Assembly (NCBI GenBank): GCA_024401565.1
Contig: JAKSKU010000008.1
Location: 7,034 to 71,033 of the forward strand
Source of the DNA: Paludibacteraceae bacterium
GTDB taxonomy: Bacteria > Bacteroidota > Bacteroidia > Bacteroidales > Paludibacteraceae
DNA length: 64,000 bases
Reading direction: 5' to 3'
A program made the position numbers and the translations under genes. Below, piece by piece: positions 26,343 through 36,800 of this stretch. The notes beneath the pieces were generated by a model. The model was not told where the DNA came from. It saw only the letters and a program-made list of their open reading frames with translations, and searched no databases. Positions within the stretch are counted from its first letter, which is position 1; every line of letters starts with the position of its first letter.

Positions 26343-27140
26343 ATGGACGCACTAAAATATTCTATAATTGCTATTGCCGCATCTTTGGCATTAACATCTT
26401 GTTTATCAAAGGAAGAACCACAAAATCAAGAAGAAAGATATAATTCTATAGAAAAAGAAATCCGCAAAGATTTAGGCTTTTTCGAAAACGAACAGACGGT
26501 TAATGAACAGAACACAGCTCTTTTAAAGTCTGCTTTGGAAGCCGAGCTAGAGAATAACGACTTTTTTTACGCAAACAAATACTGTGATCTTTTAGAGATA
26601 GTCAACTATCCAGAGTCTAAAGAATCCAAAAAGAAAATAATGGAGGCAGAAGCCACATTTTTGAAATTTGCTTTAGACGATGCCTTAAAAAACTACGACT
26701 TTGAGAATGCCAAAAAGCACTGTGATGTACTAAAAAACGTCGACTTTTCTATATCAAAGGAATACAGTGAAAGAATAAAAATAGCAGAAACCTCATTTTG
26801 GATTTCTCAAAAAAGTGAGGATGCAGCCAACCGTCTCATATCAGCAATCGACTCAAGACCTGTGGAAAAACCATCTATAGGCACAATTTCTGAGAGTGCG
26901 CCAGCTTATGATTGGCAAGCAAAAAGGCACAACGATCTCATTGATGAATATTTTGAGAAGGCTTTGACTCAAAGAAATGAAATCTTAATTCAGAAGTTGC
27001 TGTCGCAATATGTGGATGAGCCTACATACGAAACAATAGAGATCGGGCCTAAAGGCAAGCGAAATAAGGTGACAGGATTCACCGACCAACGCAAAAAAGA
27101 GGCTCAGAAAAAATTTGAAGACGCCAAAAAGAATTGGTAG
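26343..27140 (+). CDS. Hypothetical lipoprotein with an internal ~38-aa duplication
   Basis: Lipobox ALTS-C. The repeats are NNDFFYANKYCDLLEIVNYPESKESKKKIMEAEATF and KNYDFENAKKHCDVLKNVDFSISKEYSERIKIAETSF. The sequence is Lys/Glu-rich and AT-rich. Confidence 0.6.
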   Translation: MDALKYSIIAIAASLALTSCLSKEEPQNQEERYNSIEKEIRKDLGFFENEQTVNEQNTALLKSALEAELENNDFFYANKYCDLLEIVNYPESKESKKKIMEAEATFLKFALDDALKNYDFENAKKHCDVLKNVDFSISKEYSERIKIAETSFWISQKSEDAANRLISAIDSRPVEKPSIGTISESAPAYDWQAKRHNDLIDEYFEKALTQRNEILIQKLLSQYVDEPTYETIEIGPKGKRNKVTGFTDQRKKEAQKKFEDAKKNW

Positions 27141-27286
27141 AATATTATAATCTCAGCATACAAAAGCATTCCCAAAGGAGTGCTTTTTTGTTTTCAAGAA
27201 AGATACATTTTAGGTATTTCCACCTCATTTTGTCATGTCGCAAATAATAATTAACTTTGCACAAAATTTTACATCCATATAGATTT

Positions 27287-28400
27287 ATGATTACAATAGA
27301 CCAACTAAAAGATGTGTTGGAACGCGAGGACGCGTTGAGGAGGTATCTTTGACATAGATGCCAAGCGTGTGCAGATTGAAGAAGAAGAGATGCGTACGCA
27401 CGACCCTAATTTTTGGGAAGACCAGAAGGCAGCTGAAGCCCAGATGAAGAAGGTGAAAGACCTAAAGCGTTGGGTTGAGAAATATGAAGAGGTGCACAAT
27501 GCAGCTCAAGAGGTCCAGTTGTCGTTCGACTTCTACAAAGAGGAGTTAGTGACAGAGGCAGACGTCGACCAAGCTTACGAGAAAGCCATCAAATTGGTGG
27601 AAGACCTTGAGATGCAGAATATGCTTCGCGCGGAAGAGGACAAGATGAGCGCAGTGCTAAAGATTGTAGCCGGAGCCGGTGGCACTGAGGCACAAGACTG
27701 GGCAGAGATGCTATTCAGAATGTATCAGCGTTGGGCTGACCGACAGGGTTACAAGTGTGAGATTTCTAACTATCAGGACGGTGATGAAGCCGGATTGAAG
27801 ACAGCCACAATGAAGATCGAGGGAGACATGGCCTACGGTTATTTGAAGAGTGAGAATGGTGTCCACCGTTTGGTTCGCGTATCGCCATACAACGCTCAGG
27901 GTAAGCGTATGACGTCGTTCACATCTGTGTTCGTTGTCCCATTGGTTGACGACAGTATCGAGATTGAGATCAACCCAGCAGGCTTGTCATGGGATACTTT
28001 CCGTTCTTCTGGAGCCGGTGGTCAGAACGTCAACAAGGTGGAGTCTGGTGTTCGTTTGCACTATAAGTTCCACAACGTATTGACAGATCAGGATGATGAG
28101 ATCGTAATCGAGAATACAGAGACACGTGACCAGCCAAAGAACAAGGAAAATGCCTTACGTCTGTTGAGATCACAGTTGTATGATATCGAGTTGGAGAAGC
28201 GTCGTCAGGAGACTGCCAAGATTGAAGCAGGAAAGAAGAAAATTGAGTGGGGAAGCCAGATCCGAAGCTACGTCTTCGACGATCGTCGTGTGAAGGATCA
28301 CCGCACAGACTATCAGACATCCAATGTCAACGCAGTGATGGATGGCGACATCGATGGTTTCATCAAGGCTTACTTGATGGAATTCGGTGGTGGCGAATAA
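27287..28400 (+). CDS. prfB: Peptide chain release factor 2 (programmed +1 frameshift)
   Basis: Frame 0 runs from ATG 27287 for 21 sense codons to the in-frame TGA at 27350-27352. The +1 frame continues from GAC at 27351 to 28400. It contains the GGQ motif SGAGGQNVNKVES and VRVSPYNAQGKRMTSF. Confidence 0.93.
27338..27353 (+). promoter_or_regulatory. prfB +1 frameshift site
   Basis: AGGAGG TAT CTT TGA C: an SD-like element, 3-nt spacer, slippery CTT and an in-frame UGA followed by C. The same layout is established for E. coli prfB. Confidence 0.9.
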
Positions 28401-28438
28401 ACTATTAAAAGCAAACCATAATAGTTGACAATATAAAA

Positions 28439-28468
28439 CGAGGGTGTATCCTAACCGATACGCCCTCG
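28439..28468 (+). terminator. Hairpin terminator after prfB
   Basis: CGAGGGTGTATC-CTAACC-GATACGCCCTCG followed by a T-rich tract. Confidence 0.6.
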
Positions 28469-28590
28469 CTTTCCTTTATCCAAGAGGTTTCGGCACCAAG
28501 GCTGTATATCATCCGCATACAAATCCTGGCAACAAGGCCCCTTAAAAGTGCATATTTGGGCAATACAAGCTATAGTACTGACAAGAGACA

Positions 28591-28622
28591 AAAAAGCCCC
28601 ACTAAAATAGTGGAGCTTTTTT
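28591..28622. terminator. Bidirectional terminator downstream of the 684-aa T9SS cargo gene
   Basis: AAAAA-GCCCCACTA-AAA-TAGTGGAGC-TTTTTT. Confidence 0.7.
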
Positions 28623-28646
28623 ATTTTTATCAAATTCTAAAAGGAT

Positions 28647-30695
28647 TTACTTTACGACAAGTTTCAAAGCCTTATCGTTTACCTTAACGATATAGATACC
28701 ATTGTGAAGCTTAACAGCACCTGCCTTACCAGTGTATACATTAGCACCACTCAAGCTATAGATGCTTACTGTCGCATTTTCAGCACCGTCAACAAACAAA
28801 TTGCCATTCTTGTATGATACAGACAAAGTCTTGTCCGCATTAACTACAGCATTATTTGATTGATCCGACACAACATCAACAACCTTGATGTATGAACTAA
28901 CACTAATAACACGACGATCAAATGGATCTCCCCATTCTACTCTAAATGGATACTCTCCAACTGCTAGAGTAAGAGATACTGGGAATTGCATCACCAAAGT
29001 GTCCATTATAAATGTTGGCATAACAGTTTCTATTGGCATACTGATACCTAGGCTATCATTTGTAGCATAAATCACAATAGGGTCTATCAATATATTAACT
29101 TGTGCAGTGTGTGTAATACTGTCTGCAGTAACAATCATAGAATCAATAGAGACATTATCCCAAGTAGTACGAACCTCAGCTGCATTTACATAAGCCATAA
29201 CCTGGAATTCAGCTGAGTTACCTGCCTTATCAACTGCAACAACTGTAGCAGACATTCTATGCTCACCAGCCTTCAAGTTCTCAGTAGCAAGTTCTCTGAA
29301 TGCCACTGGATCAACAATTTTAACTGTCTTAATTTCGCCATCAGCAAAATCATAAATTCCAGGGAAGAATAGATCCTCTTCTACATTATCAACATGCAAA
29401 CTTGTAGCAGTGTCAACAGCCACATTTAGGATAGGGCCAACAATAGGGCTTTGGAATGGAGGCAACATATCAATGAACTCGTTTGTTTCTGATCCTCCCT
29501 CCAAAATTGTCAATTGACCGAACGCCTTTCCATCAACAACAGAAATCATAAGATTAATATCAACGTCCTTTAGATAATTGACATTATCACCAACTGAAAT
29601 GTAAGCCTCTGCCTTATCTGCAAGATAAGTAACTGGCACAGACATACCCTCAGGAACCATAATAGTTTTTGCCACCGCTTTATCATAATCCTTAATCAAA
29701 AGCGTCATTTCCTGAGCAACAATAGAATAGCTTATATGCTCAATCAAGATACCATCCTCATTGATATAGATGAAAGAATCAAGAGCAAATGTCTCATCAC
29801 TATTAACAAAAAACTTATCTGTCTTTGTGTACTCTAACTGTTTTTCCTCTATCACAACACCCTCGGCATTTTTTCCGAAAGTAATGGTGATTTCATAATT
29901 ATAAACCACCAGATTAGCACTAATCACTATAGTACCATCGATCTGACCATCCTTGACGTCACACTTGACTACTGCAGGGACAGCGCCGAATTGCTTTACA
30001 TCCAGTAGTGTATTACCAGAGATAGAAATAGTACCATCTTCACCCTGAGCATAGACAAGGTCATCAAACAAAGCATTCTGCTTCAAAGATAAACCTGCCG
30101 CCTTAATCTCAAAATCAGGCAAAGTCAAGGCCGCACGTTTCTCATACAACTTGATTCCAACTGATGTAGAATCGTTGTTTGTACGTATTGTGTCACCTTC
30201 CTTATTCATATCAACAACAAGATTATAGAAAGGCACATCCTCCAACTCAATTGTCTTCTTTACAATTGTATCACTAACGACAACTTTCTCCATCTTGAAT
30301 TCACAAGACACAGTAAACATTCCTTTATATGACGCTTCGAAAGAACCTATTTCGTTCTCATAAGAAAACTTTGTTATAGGTAGTTTCTCTCCCGCCAACT
30401 CTAATTTAGAATCAGGTGTCATTACCAAAGCGTCTTCTGATCCCGACAAGTTAGTTATAGTAGCAGACGCAGAAGGTTGATTACCAAGCATTATGATGTT
30501 TACATCAAAGCCTTTAAAAGACAAATCATAACCATTGGCTGAATTCTCAGAAATCTCCGCAGAAACACTATCTGACGTTCCAGAGGCAATACCGCCAAAT
30601 GTCATTGTGGCTGTGTACTTACCAGCCATCGTAGAGCTAATCGCACCTAGCAAAAAAGCCACTACAAACAGTAATTTTGTAAAAATTTTACTCAT
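28647..30695 (-). CDS. Large secreted hypothetical protein with T9SS C-terminal sorting domain
   Basis: ATG at 30695 (MSKIFTKLLFVVAFLLG.. signal peptide; the track start at 30701 is a TTG). The C-terminus ..TVSIYSLSGANVYTGKAGAVKLHNGIYIVKVNDKALKLVVK is a typical T9SS CTD. No other domain was recognised. Confidence 0.75.
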   Translation of the reverse strand: MSKIFTKLLFVVAFLLGAISSTMAGKYTATMTFGGIASGTSDSVSAEISENSANGYDLSFKGFDVNIIMLGNQPSASATITNLSGSEDALVMTPDSKLELAGEKLPITKFSYENEIGSFEASYKGMFTVSCEFKMEKVVVSDTIVKKTIELEDVPFYNLVVDMNKEGDTIRTNNDSTSVGIKLYEKRAALTLPDFEIKAAGLSLKQNALFDDLVYAQGEDGTISISGNTLLDVKQFGAVPAVVKCDVKDGQIDGTIVISANLVVYNYEITITFGKNAEGVVIEEKQLEYTKTDKFFVNSDETFALDSFIYINEDGILIEHISYSIVAQEMTLLIKDYDKAVAKTIMVPEGMSVPVTYLADKAEAYISVGDNVNYLKDVDINLMISVVDGKAFGQLTILEGGSETNEFIDMLPPFQSPIVGPILNVAVDTATSLHVDNVEEDLFFPGIYDFADGEIKTVKIVDPVAFRELATENLKAGEHRMSATVVAVDKAGNSAEFQVMAYVNAAEVRTTWDNVSIDSMIVTADSITHTAQVNILIDPIVIYATNDSLGISMPIETVMPTFIMDTLVMQFPVSLTLAVGEYPFRVEWGDPFDRRVISVSSYIKVVDVVSDQSNNAVVNADKTLSVSYKNGNLFVDGAENATVSIYSLSGANVYTGKAGAVKLHNGIYIVKVNDKALKLVVK

Positions 30696-30797
30696 AGACA
30701 AAAACCTTTAAATCCTTAATATCTAGCAAATATAGAAAAAAGTTTTCTTTCAACACCTAATTTTTCTTTTTTTAACTATCAAAATAAAAAAAACAGA

Positions 30798-30818
30798 GGA
30801 GATTAAACAGTTGTCAAA
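30798..30818 (+). repeat. Solo left end of the MITE-like family
   Basis: GGAGATTAAACAGTTGTCAAA compared with the family left end GGAGATTATATAGCAGTTGTCAAA. No matching right end is nearby. Confidence 0.35.
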
Positions 30819-30843
30819 TTTGAAATTTCGCATAATAGCAAAC

Positions 30844-30873
30844 AAAAAGCGATGGCGTTTACCATCGCTTTTT
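30844..30873 (-). terminator. Terminator downstream of sprA
   Basis: AAAAA-GCGATGG-CGTTTA-CCATCGC-TTTTT, 20 nt after the sprA stop. Confidence 0.8.
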
Positions 30874-30890
30874 GTTATTGTTTATTGTCA

Positions 30891-33800
30891 TCAATCTCTT
30901 GAAGCACTTTCAGTCAACATAAAGTGGAGTTTAAATCCAAATTTAGACGAAGTGATCGGATACGACGACGACACCTTCGGTTTGGATGCGCTCCTATCAT
31001 AGTAGAACGAAACTTTAAGTGCCTGGCTCACGACATACTCAGCAGTAAACTCAATCTTGACAGACTGCAAACCGCTACTTCTCTCTTCTATCGTGTTGTA
31101 AATTGTCTCAAACTTACGAATAAATGCCTCTGTATTCTTGAAATCGACATCGAAATTCAAATTCAAATCATTGCTGACTTTCTTTTTCTTGCTGTTAGCG
31201 AAACCAATAATAGCTCCGAAATCATCAATACGATATCCAGCACCCACTTTGAATCCCTTACTATATGACTCCACTACCTGAAGAGCAGGAACATCCAGGC
31301 CTGCAGTACGATTTCTGTTGTACTCTACTTTTAGGCGAACACTGTTCTTCAATGTCGAATTGATTCCAACAAGCGGATTGAATGCCTCTGTCAGGTTGAC
31401 ATTGTCAATCTTCGTGCTTCTGACAAGATATGGCTCAGATTCGACATCCTCCCTAAATATGCCAAAACCATCAGAATCAGCACTTCTATCTAAATTCCAA
31501 TCAGGATATTTGCTGAACGAATTGACGTTGTATGTGCATTTATATCCGTGTGTGATATTAAACGACTTGAACGCCTCCTTCAATATAGGAGCCTTGCTCA
31601 ACAAATCCAAATTGAACTTCCAGTTTGGAAGCATCTTTCCTATTCTGCGAATAAGTTTGGTATCCTTGTTTCTATCCAGGCTCTCTCCTTTATATGCAGA
31701 TATAAAGGCAGGCACAAGCACATCTGCGGAGTTTAGAGGCACGATTACATCATCAGTTATCTTATCAGAGTTGGTTGCCATTATATGTCGACGCATTGGC
31801 TCGATATTATTGATGAAATCAGCAAACGTCTCACTCGACAATGTAGCTCCACGCTTGAATGACGATCTGCGTATTGCGATATCAGTATGGCTATGTGAAC
31901 CTGTAAACAGATTTTCAACACCCTTCTCATATCCATCGAAATAGAAGATTTCATCTGCTCTATTCCAAGAAGACGCTGCATTCAAGTCGAACTTGATTCC
32001 AGAGTACGGTTCAAGCACAGCCTTCACCTGCATTGTCTGGTCGTGGCTCAACACGATTGGGTTGATCACATTTTCCAATCCCAACTGGTCGTTTCTGATG
32101 AAATCCTCGATAGCGTCAGCAGCATTGTAGAATCCTAAAGTAAACTTGGCACCTGGCTCACCATCTCCAGCCTGACCCAAGAATCCACTACCGCAATTGT
32201 ATCCGTTAAGTGTCGTACCTTCTGTGACGCGTATATTTCCACTCACATTTCTCACAAGCATCAATCCACGGACAATGCCATCCATCACGTCTCCAAATTT
32301 CTCATGCTTACGCAATTTCTGCTTGACTGTGATTGTGATATTAGAAACGTCTTCCTTGGAAATAACATTGATTGCATTCTGGTCGATAACCTCATATTTG
32401 ATATCATAAGGCTTACCTTCTCCATCAACAGCTTCAACTATCAACTTGCTTGCTCCCAGACGGTGGCTGATACGAGTCTTATTACCCTTCTTCAAACGAA
32501 GATTCTTTCTCTCGTACGATTTTGAAGGCTTCGGTTCATCCACCTTATCATCACCAACCTTCTTTGTCGTATCATTACGCTGAGCTATCTTTTCATTAGC
32601 CTTTTTAGCGAGTGACGACTTTGAGAACTTTTTGTTTACATCCTTCAAGTAAGAAGACTTGTTATACAACGTCTCCATATTGAAACGTACATCACCATTC
32701 CACATACGTTTTGAATCCGCGATATCATTGTTGGACACGTACGTTCTAGGTGTCAAAGTCACACCACGCTGCCAATCATAATTGCCAGTGTACGAAGCAT
32801 TCGCAGTAATCCAATCCAATACAGGAATCTTATTGATTGGAATAGCATAGCTCAAATTTAGCTGCTGTGTATAATTATAAGGTTCACCCGCAGCCAAGAA
32901 GCTTCTCCAAGTCGTCTCACGAAGATCCTTTGCCCACTGTGTCAGCGAATCCTCACGCAAATCGTAGATATGGTCTCTATTATACTTGTATTCACGCATA
33001 CGAGGATAATCCATCGTATCGTTGAATGTGCAAGACTCTTCAATCTCAGAATTCATCGCAGTCGCAAACGAAGCTTTCAAGTTTTTAGTGAAATTCCACT
33101 TGATGTCAGCACGACGGTTCATATTGAACTCCTTGTCCCAAGTCATACTGCTCAACATGTCCTTACCCTTCAACTGTTCTGTCGAAGCAAGATCTCGAGC
33201 CAACACCTCGTTGTACTTTCTGTCCATATCCAAAGAGAACGCGTAACTGTTAGGCATTGGATAGAAACCGATATCTGAAATCAACTTCCAACGTTTGTTC
33301 TTCAAGAACTTCACATTCTTGAATGGGCTCAACACTCTTGGCGACAAAGAGTAGCTATAGTTGAAGTTTCCGCGATAAGTACGCGTCATGTCGTAATGTA
33401 CGTCAATATCGCGCTCATTACGTTTCATGAACGCCAAAGAGAACGAGAAGTTTGCCGGATCATACGGCATTGGTGTCTTGCTTGTGATACCAACTCTTAC
33501 ATTAGTAAGTGCAAAACTTGTTTGTTCGGAAGATGCCACAGAGATCTTCTCAAGAGAATCCTTCAAAGCATCATTTGCATTGGAAAGTGCATCCTTCAAA
33601 AGCACGTCTGTATTTGTCGGGTCGTACTTTGGCATCTCTTTCTCTCTGCTATGAGCCACAGTTAGAGGCATATTCACGTGTGCTTTCTCAGGGAATAGTT
33701 TTCCTAACTGAACAGTTGTGGACATATCCAATGAGTATGTGTCCTCAAGGTTTCTATCCATCACATTCGACTCTATTCCACCGAATCCGGTAGTCTCAAT

Positions 33801-36800
33801 ACGTCCGGTTGCATCGAAAGAGGCGAAATCACTCAATGTGAATCCCATCTTTCCTAACGCTGCCCAACCACCGTCTTCATTATATCCTGACATACGCAAC
33901 TCATCAACCCAGACCTCGAATGATTTAGGTTCCTGACCTTCGTTGACCACACCCATCATGATTGTGCGTACATCTCCAAACGACGGATTACCTTTGACAG
34001 TCAACTCATTATTGCCATATGCTTTAGTGAAGCGTTTAGTAGGATCTGCTCCGTTTCCTCTTAGAGTCTTGTTGCGCTCAAGTTTCAAATTGACAAAATC
34101 ATCAAATTCGAAATCAATCTCCATAGGCCAGACAAGCTGACTACGATAATCATCGTCGGTAACGCCTTTTATTTCCTCTGGATTTGAGAAGCGGACATTG
34201 TTTACCTTATACTCATAGTAGTTGTCAGTATAGTCGGAACCAAAACGGATATAGAACTGGACACCGTTGGCAACATCCTCAAAATTACGTGCATCAGACT
34301 CATTTTCAAAATGCACAAACATTCTCATACGCTTATACTGACGTGTGTCAAGATTAGTACGCTTGTAGGCAGCCGCTGTCTCCTTCGGTTTCAAGTCAGT
34401 GAATGTCATACGCATAGACTGCTCGTTTTCATTACGTGCCTGTTGCTGCGTAGGATCCTTAGATCGCTCAATTCCTGGAGGAAGGATATATCCGATCGGA
34501 TCCTTATCTCCATCTTTCTCAATACATACAGACGAAAGCTGCATTGCTCCGATGTTAGTCGCAATATTCTCTGTATAGTTATTGTCACTTCCCGCAAACA
34601 ACTTCAAATCCGAACGGCTGTTGATATTTCTCCACTCTGTACGAGTAAGGTTCAATCCAGCAAAACGAAGATAAGTTGTATTTTCGAAACCAGTCATGTA
34701 CATACGCATGAAACGCATAGACGTGAAACTGATAGACTTATACGAATCTTCAGATCCCTGTATTTCATACGAGCTCTTGTCTTGAACTGGCACACGGAAT
34801 CGGTACCATGTGATTTTTTTAGAAGCCTCGTTAAACGGTGAGACAACAGACTCTGTCTTGTTTACGATATAGTTTTCTCCTACTTTTTCAAACGCCTCTT
34901 TGCTGATGTCAACGACATACTCACAATACTTTTCTCGCGTATTAAGTGTCTTATCTCCATTGATATCCTCCGAATTTGGAGAAATAGAACCAGCAGTCTT
35001 ATAAGAACCTGAATTGTCTACAATTGAGTTTCCTTCCATACCATTGTAGTAATGGTAACGTTCAAGAATACCCACATCATCTCTTGTCCTGAAGTGTACG
35101 AAGTCATCTCCAGCAGGATCGGCTTTGATCGCGTCGTAATTAGAGACACCCGTAATTTCGTTAAGGAATCTCTTATAAATCTCCGCCTCACGCTCTTCTT
35201 CCGAAGACAAACCGTTCAAACCTAAATCCTGAGAATTGATATAGTCGTAGTCGAATCTTCCGGTGATACGTCCCATTGGTTTTCTACCCCAGACGTTTCG
35301 CTCCATACTTTTTTCTGGGATAAGACGTTCCTCTGCCTCTATCTCATTATCGTGAAGCACATCTTCTGAGATCTCACCAATATTGAACACCAACTTACCT
35401 GTCGCGTTCTCATTGATTCCTTCCTCTGCAAATGGGTCCATCAACCAGAATTCCAAGTATTCGATATTATTCTTGCTGAAGTTAGTTGTCTCCAACTTAC
35501 GCATGATACCACCCCAACGATTTTGAGGGTCATTCAACTCTCCGGTTTGCGGATCATAATTGACATCCAAATTGTAAACACCACGTTCTTTTGGATAATA
35601 TGCAAGGTTGAATGTCGAAATTGTAGACGGTTCTCCTGATCGAGGCTCCCTACCTGGGAAGATTTCAGTTTCCTGCACCAAACGAGTGAAATGGTTCGAC
35701 ATGTCAGCTATAGTAACACTTTTTGGTGTACTTGATGTCTTCTGCTGGAAAATGTTATCAATATGATACCAAGCGAAACGAGATCTCTTCAATCCATACT
35801 TGACATACTCATTGTATTCTTTATTCTGATCATTCGACCAGAAAGGATCATTGTTGTCGACAAACGAACGGTTTATACCATTCACCATTCTCTGGCGGAT
35901 AGGAGTACTTGCATGAACCCATGAGTTCGCGCTCATCAAATTGATGCTGCTCTCGGCTCCTTCAAAGTCATCCACATATGCCACGCTCTCTCCATCATCA
36001 CCTTCAATATACTTATTATGGCCAGGGATCAGCTGTGCGAATTCTCCTGCAATTGTGAAATTAGACGGTGCGGTTGCTTCCACCAACGGCAATGCATCTG
36101 TAACCTTTGTCAACCAGTTGCTCTTTGTTGTGTAAGCAGCATTCATTCCCCATATAGTGTTAGATTTCGGCTCATTACCTGTCGAAACCTTGTCTGTCAT
36201 AGGAGTCTCAGACAAATGCATGATTGTAGCGCCAACAGACAACTGGTCGCTGAACTTATATTCCGCATTGACACCTAGAAGAGAAGTCTTCTGCGTGCTG
36301 AACATATTCTCACTCTCTGAAGTGACGCTAACCTGTGAATTACTTGCAAGGACCGCCTCGTCAAGAATTCTTACAATACCAGCTGAATAATCTACCGTAT
36401 ATCCGGTACCTTCTTCCAAAGTTCTACCACCAGCGACAACCCTTACAGATCCTCGTTTTGCATATGGCTTGATACGTATCTCGCTTCCGGATGAAGACTT
36501 ATATTCACCGACGATCTTGAATTTAGCGTTCTCTGCATATTCGATCGCATCCGTCTTTATTGAAGTATAAAGTTTATCGAATTGCAACGTCGAATCTGCA
36601 ACAATTCCCCTGATTGACTCACCAAATGGCTCTACAACAGGGAATATAATTCTACCCTGTGATGCCAACACAGTGTAGCCTTCCAAAAAGTCGAATTTTC
36701 CATCAGACACTCTTCTGTGCTTACTGTTCAAGCGGTCAGCGCCAATAGCATATATCCACTTCTTGTTCACATATTCTTTTCCAGCACCTTTGACATCAGA

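Noticed and set aside
28451-28633. 60-aa Cys-rich ORF (MIKIKKLHYFSG..CCQDLY..) between prfB and the T9SS cargo gene
   Set aside because: Its first codons are encoded by the terminator hairpin of the upstream gene and its last codons by the prfB terminator. I judge it most likely non-coding spacer. The ~120 bp between the two terminators could still hold a small RNA, which I cannot test.
31318-31944. Multiple 60-208-aa + strand ORFs across 30811-38604
   Set aside because: All lie antisense within the 7.6-kb sprA CDS. None has a start context, a signal sequence or motifs.
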